From an uncultured Chthonomonadaceae bacterium (GTDB lineage: Bacteria; Armatimonadota; Chthonomonadetes; Chthonomonadales; Chthonomonadaceae): DNA of 64,000 nucleotides. The position numbers and the translations under genes are program-made. The notes below the pieces were generated by a model. It had not been told where the DNA came from. It ran no database searches and worked only from the letters and a program-made list of their open reading frames with translations. The stretch is from positions 1,600,001 through 1,664,000 of the forward strand of contig CAWFQB010000001.1 in assembly GCA_963817895.1 (NCBI GenBank), in the 5' to 3' direction. This document shows, one piece after another, positions 40,786 to 50,208 of this stretch; the stretch's first letter is position 1; the number at the start of each line of letters is the position of its first letter.

Positions 40786-40828
40786 GCGCATTTACGCAAA
40801 TATTCAATGAAGAGAAAGAAAGCACTAC

Positions 40829-41626
40829 ATGAGCGTTTTATCGGAGATTTTGGCGACGAAGCGGACGGAAGTGGCGTGGCAGCGGCAGCGAACACCTTTA
40901 CCTATGATGCAGGAACAGGTTATAGATATGCCGTCGGCGCGGGATTTTCGCGCTGCCATTCAGGCGGCACGAGAAACAAAGGGGATAGCGCTGATTGCGG
41001 AAGTGAAGAAAGCCTCGCCATCCAAAGGCGTGATTTGCGCCAACTTCGATCCCCTCGTAATTGCGAAAACCTACGCGGATGCGGGCGCGACGTGCCTGTC
41101 CGTTCTGACGGATGAGCCGTATTTTCAGGGCAAGTTAGAGTATCTGACGGAGATACGCAAGATCGTGGATGTGCCGCTTCTGCGCAAAGATTTTATCATT
41201 GATCCCTGGCAGGTGGTAGAGAGCCGATTGGCGGGCGCGGACGCGATTTTACTGATTGTGGCCGCTCTCCCGTGTCAGGATTTACGCGCCTGTCTCGCCC
41301 TCACGCGGGAATACAGCATGACCGCGCTCGTGGAAGTACATGATGCCGACGAACTGAAGGAAGCCTTAGACGCAGGGGCGGATTTCATCGGCATCAACAA
41401 CCGCGACCTGCACACGTTTCGCACCAATATTGCCGTCACGCTCGATCTGCTGAAACAAACGCCCCGCAATGACAATAACACTCTGTTCGTCAGCGAAAGC
41501 GGTATCTTCACCCGGCAGGATGTGGAAACACTGGCAGGCGCAGGGGTGGACGCGGTTCTCGTCGGCGAAGCCCTCATGCGCGAGTCCGACATCGCCGCCA
41601 AAGTGCATGAACTGCTGAAGAGTTGA
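40829..41626 (+). CDS. trpC: Indole-3-glycerol phosphate synthase
   Basis: IAEVKKASPSKG, SVLTD, LRKDF, GINNRDL, SESGI. Confidence 0.97.
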   Translation: MSVLSEILATKRTEVAWQRQRTPLPMMQEQVIDMPSARDFRAAIQAARETKGIALIAEVKKASPSKGVICANFDPLVIAKTYADAGATCLSVLTDEPYFQGKLEYLTEIRKIVDVPLLRKDFIIDPWQVVESRLAGADAILLIVAALPCQDLRACLALTREYSMTALVEVHDADELKEALDAGADFIGINNRDLHTFRTNIAVTLDLLKQTPRNDNNTLFVSESGIFTRQDVETLAGAGVDAVLVGEALMRESDIAAKVHELLKS

Positions 41627-41722
41627 TAGCTGATAGTTGATAGGTCATTCACCTTGTGTAGACCCGCCTCCACAAACTTTTCATGGGCAAGACTTACGGG
41701 TAGCGGCTATCAACTATCAACT
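41621..41722. repeat. Inverted heptamer-array element (TTGATAG)x3 ... (CTATCAA)x2
   Basis: The left arm contains the trpC TGA. Confidence 0.82.
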
Positions 41723-42156
41723 TCCTCCCCCTACATCGCTTATTACTGCCCAATACAAGCGTAGATTTGTCGGAAAGGCGCTGCTCGTTCTAACTTTGTG
41801 CTTGAGCAGTGCCTTGCGCCGCGCTTTTTAACCTCACGCTCCCCCCTATCGTTTTCAGCCGCCCCGTGAAACGCGCCGTCCCATGAATGTCGTGTTAGCG
41901 TGTGCCTCATTTCTATCTCCTCTCGCCTGCATAACGGCCAATATTGCCTGATGCGCTTTGCATGTTTGTCTCTCCTCTGCTGAATACTGATGATGGCCTC
42001 TCCTGTTAGAACACTTCGCTTACGCTGCATTTTGGGCGCGCAAGAACCATGCTGACAGGTGGTTTTTAAGCCATATTCGCCGCGATTGGCATGGCTAGTA
42101 TTTTAGACAGGTTCTCACATACACTTTTGCCGTATATTCGGCTGAACAGGCACATT

Positions 42157-42172
42157 TGGCATGAATTGTGCA
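42157..42172 (+). promoter_or_regulatory. Putative sigma-54 -24/-12 promoter
   Basis: TGGCATGAATTGTGCA fits GG-N10-GC, upstream of a PEP-CTERM gene. Confidence 0.5.
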
Positions 42173-42568
42173 GTATAGTTTTTACGATGATCGACAGATT
42201 CCGGCTATCAAAGGCTCGTTTGATCCCTTGTGTGGGAAATTACACCGTGTAAATAAGGGAGCAAACGACTACTTCATCACAACCACATGCATCCAATGAC
42301 CACGGTCGCCAATTTCGGGTTATGCTTCCGACAGCACCTGAAGGCCGTTGAAATCGGCTGCGCTTTTCCTGTTCAGTAGATGACCCGCCGCGCTTATGAC
42401 AGGGGTTTGCTCGCGCGCGCTACGGCTGCTCCGCCCAGGTATGGCGTTGTAAAACAGCCACTCCCGTAGCCGCGCAGATTTCACTCTTGTAGTACTTATA
42501 GACACGATGCCCGCTCTTGAAGTCGGGTCAGGCCGCGCGCTTGCGCGTGTGAGCCGAAAGGATTATCC

Positions 42569-43306
42569 ATGAAAGTCCGTAACATGTTTGGCCCCGCTCT
42601 CGCGGCAGGGCTGTTAAGTCTGGCTGGCGCGAGCCATGCGCAGCTCTCGTTCACCATCACACAGCCGTCCGTGACTACTCCCGGTGGAACTGCCGATAGT
42701 TTCTACAATGGAGTGAATAGCGACAATAGCCTGTTTTCCGCGTCTCTGATCCAGAACAACTCGCCGCAAAGCTTTAATAAAGCCTCCTCCGTCAGTTTCG
42801 GCTTAACCTCCAACATTGGCGCGAACGGCACGTCGGACACTTTTACCAACAAGGCAGCCAACTTCACGTTCGATTTGACCGTCCCCGGCAATACAGGTCC
42901 TTTTCCCGGCACTCCTGTTCCCGGCGCAGCGACCCGGCAGTTCGTGGTGATGGGTTTCATCAATGGCTCGTCTTCCCTGGATGCCAACGGCGTTGGCTCA
43001 TCGGACGCCGCTTTCAGACCAGATTCCTTTTTGGTTGATGGCGTAAACACGCCCTTTATTGTGGGCGCAGTCAGCCCGGCGGGGCGCGTCAGCGATCTGG
43101 TCCAGAATCTCAATTTTGGGGGTACGCATGTGGACGTTTTCTTCGACGCGGTAGATGCCCTGACCACTCCCGGCAACAATGCGCCTCTCACCATCGGTGG
43201 TTATGTCACCCCGACCTCTGTACCGGAGCCGGGTACAGTCGCGTTACTGACGGGGCTTGGCGTCACCGGCACCGTGTTTCTGCGTCGCAAGCGCGCTAAC
43301 GCCTGA
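42569..43306 (+). CDS. PEP-CTERM sorting-domain surface protein
   Basis: Signal peptide ending ASHA; C-terminal VPEPG + TM + RRKR. Confidence 0.93.
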   Translation: MKVRNMFGPALAAGLLSLAGASHAQLSFTITQPSVTTPGGTADSFYNGVNSDNSLFSASLIQNNSPQSFNKASSVSFGLTSNIGANGTSDTFTNKAANFTFDLTVPGNTGPFPGTPVPGAATRQFVVMGFINGSSSLDANGVGSSDAAFRPDSFLVDGVNTPFIVGAVSPAGRVSDLVQNLNFGGTHVDVFFDAVDALTTPGNNAPLTIGGYVTPTSVPEPGTVALLTGLGVTGTVFLRRKRANA

Positions 43307-43373
43307 CAAGCGTTACAGGCGCTAATTCCTGATAAGCGTTATAGCGCCGGACTTGCGTTGTGATACTAAGACA

Positions 43374-43403
43374 GGAGGCGCTGACATTCATGTCAGCGCC
43401 TCC
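43374..43403 (+). terminator. Hairpin after the PEP-CTERM gene
   Basis: GGAGGCGCTGACAT-TC-ATGTCAGCGCCTCC. Confidence 0.65.
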
Positions 43404-43626
43404 GTCGTATCCCTTTATACTCATGTTTCTACATTACCAAAGCCTTCTGTTACACTCACCTCTTGAACTCGTACTCCTGACAGCATGGTTCTGCCGCATT
43501 ACCGGGAATAAGAGGGTTGTACGGATACAAAGTACATATTGACACCAACTGGCGGCTTAAATGATAGAATGTATGCAGTCTCTTCACTAACAGGATGTAA
43601 AAATTCAATTATTTTGATTTCACCCC

Positions 43627-43655
43627 TTGACATTGGGGCTGGCATCTGATATGAT
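43627..43655 (+). promoter_or_regulatory. Sigma-70-type promoter
   Basis: TTGACA-17nt-TATGAT. Confidence 0.6.
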
Positions 43656-43885
43656 GTACCCATAACCTCGTAGTTATGCGGTAGAAGTGAAGAGTCTCCT
43701 CCTATTGCAGTTCCTACAATCTTCTTGATTAGCCCCTTTGTGTTTTCAACAAACGGTTTCTTGTGGCCCGTTGACGGATCGTGATGTTCGTCGTGTAATT
43801 TCCATCTTCAGATGGCATTACGTCGTACATTATCGTTTACGCTCAATTGTCTTCTTACCTACCTCAGAAGACAGGGAACTAAAAC

Positions 43886-44392
43886 ATGAAAACCAAAACC
43901 ATCTCCTTTACCACGTTTCTGCTTGCCGTATGCGTTCTGTTCGTTCAAACCGCCTGTCAGGCCTATACCATTCCGGGCTGGGTTAATCTCGGCGGCGCCT
44001 TTACGCAGAATGGCGGTTCCATACAGTGTTCGATCAACGTTTATGATTACGGCGCTTACCTTGCCAACGGCCTGTACTTCAATGGCGCCGCCGGGCTGGT
44101 CAAGAGCAACCCGACGCATATTGTCTACACTATGGCTCCGGGCGCAACGGTTTGCAATGATATTACTCTTACCGGCACAGGCGCCATCTCCAAAGGCGGA
44201 GTCGTCATCTCAGGGCAAATCTGGGTGCATTTGTGGCGTGGCGTGGTCAATGGCGTGAACGGCAACTGGTGCGAAGCGCAGTTGAGCAGCAACGATGCGA
44301 CCCCGGTTCTGCTGTGGGCAACGGGCAGTTCGTGGCCCGCAACGGGCAGTTCTCCGGTGTACATGGGCTTCACAATCCGTCTGCCCAAATGA
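43886..44392 (+). CDS. Secreted hypothetical protein
   Basis: Signal peptide; beta-rich, Gly-rich, almost no acidic residues. Confidence 0.7.
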   Translation: MKTKTISFTTFLLAVCVLFVQTACQAYTIPGWVNLGGAFTQNGGSIQCSINVYDYGAYLANGLYFNGAAGLVKSNPTHIVYTMAPGATVCNDITLTGTGAISKGGVVISGQIWVHLWRGVVNGVNGNWCEAQLSSNDATPVLLWATGSSWPATGSSPVYMGFTIRLPK

Positions 44393-44431
44393 TCCAATTA
44401 TTTTGGATTAGCAACCATCTTTGTACAATTT

Positions 44432-44468
44432 CAAAGCCTCTTCCTGCCAACAGCAGGGAGAGGCTTTG
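44432..44468 (+). terminator. Intrinsic terminator
   Basis: CAAAGCCTCTTCCTGC-5nt-GCAGGGAGAGGCTTTG. Confidence 0.7.
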
Positions 44469-44589
44469 GTTGTTTCTCGAAAGCAGCCAAAGACAGGCTA
44501 TAATATATGCAACTCCCGGCGCGCCATGAGCGAGGCAAGCAGTCCTGCCGGAAAGTAATATTTCTCGTTCGTTCACAAGTTCAACCAAA

Positions 44590-45243
44590 ATGTCGAAAAA
44601 TAGAACACGTATCAAAATATGCGGCATCACCAATTTAGAAGACGCGCAGGCGGCGGTGGAGTATGGGGCCGATGCGCTTGGTTTTATTGGAGTTGTGGAG
44701 TCACCACGCTACGTTGCACCGGAAACCGCTTATGAAATTGGCCGGCACATACCTCCATTTGTCACCAAAGTTGTTGTTGTAAAGGATTGGGCGGATAAAC
44801 TATCTACTATGCCAAAACTGTTTGATGCTTTCCAATACTACTCCAATGAACGCGGCTTAAAACGCGCTGACGGAGTCAGAGGCTACAGTCACTATCGTGG
44901 AATTCGCGCATATCGTATCCGCGATACGCAGAGTTTGGACGAGATTGCTCAGACGTATCAGGAGGCTTCCGCGATCCTGCTGGACACCTACCACAAAGAC
45001 AAACTTGGCGGCAGTGGCGAAACGTTCAATTGGGAGTTGGCTTTAGAGGCGAAACAGCGGTTCGGACTGCCGATTATCCTTGCGGGCGGGCTGACGGCGG
45101 AGAATGTCGGGGAAGCGATACGAACCGTCCGCCCGTATGCTGTAGACGTGTCCAGCGGCGTGGAAGCCAGCCCCGGACGCAAAGACCATGCGAAAATACG
45201 GGCGTTTGTGGAAGCGGTGCAGGAAGCGGATGCAGATAGTTGA
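44590..45243 (+). CDS. trpF: Phosphoribosylanthranilate isomerase
   Basis: IKICGIT, GADALGF, SPR, GGSGETFNW, LAGGL, DVSSGVE. Confidence 0.95.
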   Translation: MSKNRTRIKICGITNLEDAQAAVEYGADALGFIGVVESPRYVAPETAYEIGRHIPPFVTKVVVVKDWADKLSTMPKLFDAFQYYSNERGLKRADGVRGYSHYRGIRAYRIRDTQSLDEIAQTYQEASAILLDTYHKDKLGGSGETFNWELALEAKQRFGLPIILAGGLTAENVGEAIRTVRPYAVDVSSGVEASPGRKDHAKIRAFVEAVQEADADS

Positions 45244-45265
45244 GAGTTTCTCAACTATCTGCATC
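45229..45265. repeat. Perfect 17-bp inverted repeat covering both stop codons of convergent genes
   Basis: GATGCAGATAGTTGAGA-GTT-TCTCAACTATCTGCATC. Confidence 0.9.
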
Positions 45266-45997
45266 TAGTTCTGCCATATTGAACAGGCGATAAGCGTTGT
45301 CGTAGAAAATGCGGCGGCGTTCTGTTTCGCTGCTGGTGGCATCTTTGATCATGCCTATGGCGGCGGCGGGGTCAAGATGGGGCAGGCGGCTGCCGAACAG
45401 CAGGCGGTGTGGGCCTACGTCGCGAATGGCGGCGGGGATTTTAGCGCGGTCTAAGGCGCCCGAAGTTTCCAGAAAGATGTTGGCGGAACTGTGCGCGGCG
45501 GCAATGGCCGTGCGCCAGTCCGCGCCGCCCATGCTCAGAAACACGAACTTGTGCATGTTGTACGTTTTGGCGACATGCAGGGCGGTTTCCACGCAGGCCG
45601 CGTTAGGCGTGTACAGAAACACGGGCTTGTGGTAACGGCGGCAAACATTGAGGAGTTCATCGGCCAGAATGGGATGCAGTGGCTCGTTCGGGTCGGAACC
45701 GGCCAGCAGCACACCCAGAAACCGCCGACTGCCCAGCATGTCGCGCACAATCTGAATACTGGCGTCCACGCGGTTGAGATGCGCGATCAGGCAGCCGTAC
45801 AGATTGGGGCTTTGCTCCAGCGTGGCTTTCAAGATGCGGTTGCCAGTCACAGGGTCTACCTGCGCGGCTCGTGACGAGAAGACAAGCGCGCGGTCAATCC
45901 CCCGGCTTTCCAGCACAGTCGTCAACTGCCCGGCATCCTGATTGATTCCCGGCAGCACGTTGCCTTCCAGATATACGTGACAGTCTATAATGGGCAT
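45251..45997 (-). CDS. Amidohydrolase_2-like TIM barrel (degenerate metal ligands)
   Basis: IIDCH, NIFLETSG, RLLFGS.LP, I.YDNA.RLF. Confidence 0.8.
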   Translation of the reverse strand: MPIIDCHVYLEGNVLPGINQDAGQLTTVLESRGIDRALVFSSRAAQVDPVTGNRILKATLEQSPNLYGCLIAHLNRVDASIQIVRDMLGSRRFLGVLLAGSDPNEPLHPILADELLNVCRRYHKPVFLYTPNAACVETALHVAKTYNMHKFVFLSMGGADWRTAIAAAHSSANIFLETSGALDRAKIPAAIRDVGPHRLLFGSRLPHLDPAAAIGMIKDATSSETERRRIFYDNAYRLFNMAELDADS

Positions 45998-46008
45998 GGA
46001 GAAGTCCC

Positions 46009-46105
46009 GGGGAGTAGGGAGTAGGGAGTAGGGAGTAGGAAAAGCATATTCGCGCGTACCTTCAAATGGTTTTCCTATTCCCTACTCCCTACTCCCTACT
46101 CCCTA
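46009..46105. repeat. Inverted heptamer-array element (GGGAGTA)x4 ... (TACTCCC)x4
   Basis: Long near-perfect stem; the right arm includes the TAG of the upstream (minus-strand) gene. Confidence 0.92.
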
Positions 46106-46825
46106 CATGTTCAGTATTCGCCGCGCATTGCCGGACAACACCTGCTGTTTGTCGGCGTCGGAGAGTTCGGCGAATTGCAGGGTGTCCAGAGCGGAAACGA
46201 TGGGATGGGAGGGCGCGTTGGAGCCGAACAGCAGGCGGCTCGCGCCCACCGCGTCCACAACCGCTTTGAGACATCCGGGCGCGAGCATACTCGACAGTTC
46301 CAGATGCCAGTTGGCGTGTTCGCGCAGGCCGACCAGACACTCCGCCAGCAGGCCGGGGTGCGCGTCGGCAATGATCACGGGCGCGGAGTAATCGCCCAAA
46401 ACGCGCGCCAGACCGGTGATGTCGCCGGGGCTGCAAACCCCCACAACGATTGGCAAATTGGTTTCACGCAGGTCAGACAGCAGAGCGCGGAACGGCGCGA
46501 AATCCAGCGGCCAATTCTGCGCGTCGGGGAAAAAGCGAACCAACCGGAAGCCATCCGCCTTTGCCTGTATGAGCGCGGTTTTGTCGCCGTAGTACATGGC
46601 GGGGTTGAAGGTGGCGACGGGCAGCAGGGACGGGTTTTGCGCGCAAATGTTCTTCGTGACCGCATTGCCCACAGCCGGGTCGAGCAGCCAGCCCAATGTA
46701 GACAGGGCGCAGGCCGTGCCGACGCCGTTCTGCCCCATCAATTCCAGCAGCGACTCTACGGTCAAATCGTTACTGGCAAGCGGCAGCGGCCCAAACAGCG
46801 TATTCACATCTACAATTTCGTCCAT
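46103..46825 (-). CDS. Amidohydrolase_2-like TIM barrel (degenerate)
   Basis: IVDVNTLFG, RLLFGSNAP, VLSGNARRIL. Confidence 0.8.
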   Translation of the reverse strand: MDEIVDVNTLFGPLPLASNDLTVESLLELMGQNGVGTACALSTLGWLLDPAVGNAVTKNICAQNPSLLPVATFNPAMYYGDKTALIQAKADGFRLVRFFPDAQNWPLDFAPFRALLSDLRETNLPIVVGVCSPGDITGLARVLGDYSAPVIIADAHPGLLAECLVGLREHANWHLELSSMLAPGCLKAVVDAVGASRLLFGSNAPSHPIVSALDTLQFAELSDADKQQVLSGNARRILNM

Positions 46826-46839
46826 GCGACACTCCAATA

Positions 46840-47026
46840 CGGTTTTCACCACCAAGACACGAAGAACACCAAGAAAAACAGGAAAGAATAAGAAGCAGAA
46901 TAGGTCAACTGTGGCAGTATTCGACGGGAGTTAAGTTAATACCTGCCGTTTCGAGTTCTCTTCGTAAATTTTCTTCTCTGATTTTTGTTTTTCTTGGTGT
47001 TCTTCGCGTCTTGGTGGTGAAAACCG
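46840..47026. repeat. MITE-like 187-bp element with 41-bp inverted repeats built of 9-nt units
   Basis: 46840-46880 versus 46986-47026, one mismatch. Confidence 0.85.
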
Positions 47027-47029
47027 GGT

Positions 47030-48571
47030 TCAGACCTTTTCATACACGGCGCGGAGGCGTTTCAGCACCCGGTCTCGGCCCATCGCTTCCAGAGTTTCGT
47101 ACAATCCCGGTCCCATCGTGCGGCCTGTGGTAGCGACGCGGGTGGGATGAACAACGTCCGCGTGTTTCAATTCCAATGCTTCCACGATCTGATGCGTGGC
47201 CTGAGAAATGTTTTCGGTTGTCCAGTCGGGCAACGCTTCAAAGGCGGCGAGTTCCTTTTCCAGCATCGGTTTCAGATACGGCACGGCGAACCATTTGGCG
47301 GTCGCTTTCGGGTCGTAGCCGTTCGGGTAGTCCAAATCTTGAAAGAAGAAGCCTACCAGATCAACCACTTCCGACAGCATTTTCATGCGCTCCAGTTCGA
47401 GCGGAATCACCCGGCGCACGTAGTCCAGAACCTCGATGCGGTACTTTTCTTTGCGGGCTTCCCACTGCTTGTCGGTTTCCATCTCGTCCTGACGCGGATC
47501 GGGCGGAACCAGGCCCGCCTGTCGCAGATACGGCAGGCACAGGCCGATGATACGCCCCGGTTCGGATTGGCGGATATAATGCCCGTTCATCCAGCGCAGT
47601 TTCTCGTAATCGAACACCGCAGGGCTGTCGGCAATGCCGCCGAGTGAAAACCGCTCGATCAGTTCGGGAATGGAAAACAGTTCGCGGTTCTCATCGCCTG
47701 CCGACCAGCCGAGAAGGACAATAAAGTTAATCAGGGCTTCCGGCAGATACCCGGCCTCCATGAACGCCTTGACCTGTGTAGAGCCATGCCGCTTGGCGAG
47801 TTTCTTCTTGTCCGTCCCGACAATCACGGGCAGATGCGCGAACTTGGGCTTGTCCCAACCGAATACATCGTACAGATACAGCATTTTGGGCGCGGACGGC
47901 AGCCACTCCTCGCCGCGCAGAACGTGCGTGATGCCCATTAGATGGTCGTCAACCGTGCAGGCCAGAAAGTACGTGGGAAAGCCGTCCGACTTGAGCAATA
48001 CCTGATCGTCCTGCAATTTGTACTCGAAGTTCACGTCGCCGCGTATCTCGTCGTACAGCAGGCAGACGCCATCAAGCGGCATGGCAAGCCGAACCACGCT
48101 CGACGGTTCCGCGCCCTCTTTTTCCAATCGCTCCAGTCGCATACGTTCACGGTTTTCAGGGTTGCGGCAGTGGCGGTCATAGCCGGTGGGCAGGTTCCGC
48201 GCCTGCTGTTGCGTTCGCAGCAAATCAAGCCGCTCTTTGGTGCAATAGCAGCGGTACGCATGGCCTTCGGCAGTTAAATTTTCCGCATGTTCCAGATAAA
48301 TCGGCAAGCGTTGCGACTGCACATACGGCCCGGACGCGCCGCCAATAAACCAGCCCTCATCCGGCATGGTTCCCGCGTAGTGAAAACTCTCCTCTAACTC
48401 GTATGTGCTTTCCGGCACATAGCGCCCCGGCGTCCGGTCGGTATCTTCCAGCCGTACCAGAAACTGCCCGCCCTCGCGCCGGGCGAGCAGCCAGTTATAA
48501 ACCGCCGTGCGCAGCCCGCCAACATGGGGCGAACCGGTAGGCGAGGGCGCGTAACGAACACGAACAGGCAT
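47030..48571 (-). CDS. gltX: Glutamate--tRNA ligase
   Basis: RYAPSPTG.PHVGG, R.EDTD, DDHLMGITHV.RGEEW, KLAKR, anticodon domain. Confidence 0.96.
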   Translation of the reverse strand: MPVRVRYAPSPTGSPHVGGLRTAVYNWLLARREGGQFLVRLEDTDRTPGRYVPESTYELEESFHYAGTMPDEGWFIGGASGPYVQSQRLPIYLEHAENLTAEGHAYRCYCTKERLDLLRTQQQARNLPTGYDRHCRNPENRERMRLERLEKEGAEPSSVVRLAMPLDGVCLLYDEIRGDVNFEYKLQDDQVLLKSDGFPTYFLACTVDDHLMGITHVLRGEEWLPSAPKMLYLYDVFGWDKPKFAHLPVIVGTDKKKLAKRHGSTQVKAFMEAGYLPEALINFIVLLGWSAGDENRELFSIPELIERFSLGGIADSPAVFDYEKLRWMNGHYIRQSEPGRIIGLCLPYLRQAGLVPPDPRQDEMETDKQWEARKEKYRIEVLDYVRRVIPLELERMKMLSEVVDLVGFFFQDLDYPNGYDPKATAKWFAVPYLKPMLEKELAAFEALPDWTTENISQATHQIVEALELKHADVVHPTRVATTGRTMGPGLYETLEAMGRDRVLKRLRAVYEKV

Positions 48572-48716
48572 AACAAACCTCCAACCAAAAGAATACAGGA
48601 TAATCTATTATGACATAGACAGGGGAGAAGTTGAAAACGTTCGCAATCTCTGACGCCATAACGCCGTTTGAAGCTTCTCATCAGGAAACTCCAAACGGCG
48701 CAGAGGTTAGCGCATA

Positions 48717-49598
48717 TCAGGTACATTCCATATCCATGCCGATTTTGCTGAAATCGCCCTGTTCCAATGCTGTTGGCGTAATCCAAAAGTACCCTCGCCC
48801 ACCTGCTTGCCAGTAGATGTTATGGATATTCGGTAAGTCTCGCTCCGAGTCGAGTTGCAGCAGCAATCGCAGGGAACCGCCCTCGGACGGAAAGCCGCCC
48901 TGTACATGTTGCGCGTGTCCAAGCAGTCGGTGTATGGGTTCATTCTGAAATGAGAAGCCCCCAAGAGATAAGAAGCCGCCAAGCAGTCCGAGCAACTCGT
49001 AGTAGGCGTCTTCCTCTTCTACAGTCAAGGCCAGATTGCTTGTATAACCGGTATCCAGTTCGGGCAGAGTGAGTTCACGATGAAACCAGAGTTGATAAGC
49101 CGCAAACGGGTAGGCATACGCCCCGCAAATATCGTCGCGCAGATGTTCCGGCACTGGGTTTGGCGGCTGTGTTCGTTGTAGCGTAGATACGTCGGCATTG
49201 GAATGCAGGATACGCCAGTGCGCCGGTTCTTCGTCTCCATCCCCCATCAACGCGCATATCCATGTCGCGCAAAACACGTACAACATGCCGGTTTTCGGCA
49301 AAATGCCCTCCGGGTCGTGCCGCGCCATCTCCTGCATATTGAACTGCGCTAGAAAGCCAGGCGACTCGATCATGCCTTCTGTTTCGCCGTACTCGTTGAC
49401 ATACTCCGGCCACGCGACATCAGGCGGCAGGTCAGGCAATCCGCCGAATTTGGACGCGCCAATCGGCAGTTCGCTGTCTTCGGTCAGGCGGGTACGAATA
49501 CGAATCGAGTCGAGGGCAATACGCGCTATTTTGTCGGCAACCGCCGACAATCCCAACCGGCAAGCCTCTTCCCGTAGTTGGTCAACATTTGAGATCAC
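48717..49598 (-). CDS. YwqG/DUF1963 family protein
   Basis: IGASKFGGLPDLP...WP, FLAQFN, LP..GMLY.F, HRLLG, LLLQLDS, G.GYFWI. Confidence 0.85.
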   Translation of the reverse strand: MISNVDQLREEACRLGLSAVADKIARIALDSIRIRTRLTEDSELPIGASKFGGLPDLPPDVAWPEYVNEYGETEGMIESPGFLAQFNMQEMARHDPEGILPKTGMLYVFCATWICALMGDGDEEPAHWRILHSNADVSTLQRTQPPNPVPEHLRDDICGAYAYPFAAYQLWFHRELTLPELDTGYTSNLALTVEEEDAYYELLGLLGGFLSLGGFSFQNEPIHRLLGHAQHVQGGFPSEGGSLRLLLQLDSERDLPNIHNIYWQAGGRGYFWITPTALEQGDFSKIGMDMECT

Positions 49599-49655
49599 GA
49601 ATTATCCAATGCCAGAGAAGCGCATGTTCCATACAGATGTTCCGCATCGGGTAAA

Positions 49656-50117
49656 TCACAGCACTTCGAGGGGAATATAGCAGGTTGAATTGCCGCCCAA
49701 CTCTTTTTCGAGGTCGCGGACAAAATCGCTGACTTTCAGGCCCAGATTGATGCAGCCCGCGCTGCCGATGTGGCTTCCGCCGTGAATGAAGAAGCCGCCG
49801 CGCCCGCTCGTGCCAGTAGCGGGAAAGGGGTGTATGGTGATGCGGTACATGCCCCATCCCGAATCGTTGCAACTGGAACCCTGCGCCTGCATTATCATGG
49901 AACGCAGGGGGTTGCAGTGCCAGAGTTGGTCGGGCTGAATCCAGTAGCGGCCTCGTGGAATCGCCTCATATTTGCCCGCGCGCCCCAACTCGCCATGATA
50001 GCTGTAGGTTCTATCCCCGGCCCGCATGGTGAGTACGCCCAGCGCGAACCGAAGCGTGATCTGCCCACAAGAGGACGTATTAGGGTTGCCGCGCTCCTGA
50101 GAGTAGTCTTGCGCCAT
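49656..50117 (-). CDS. DUF2778/Tlde1-like L,D-transpeptidase-fold protein
   Basis: IP.GRY, WG.YR, GRGGFFIHGG...GSAGCI. Confidence 0.78.
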   Translation of the reverse strand: MAQDYSQERGNPNTSSCGQITLRFALGVLTMRAGDRTYSYHGELGRAGKYEAIPRGRYWIQPDQLWHCNPLRSMIMQAQGSSCNDSGWGMYRITIHPFPATGTSGRGGFFIHGGSHIGSAGCINLGLKVSDFVRDLEKELGGNSTCYIPLEVL

Positions 50118-50149
50118 GACGGTTTTTCCTCACCACTCTGTCAATACAA

Positions 50150-50208
50150 TAAGGGAAAAGGGAAGAGGTGAGATTAGCACGTACTTTTCCCTCTTCCCTT
50201 TTCCCTTA
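50150..50208. repeat. 19-bp inverted repeat of (AAGGGAA)-type heptamers
   Basis: 50150-50168 versus 50190-50208; includes the upstream gene's TAA. Confidence 0.85.
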
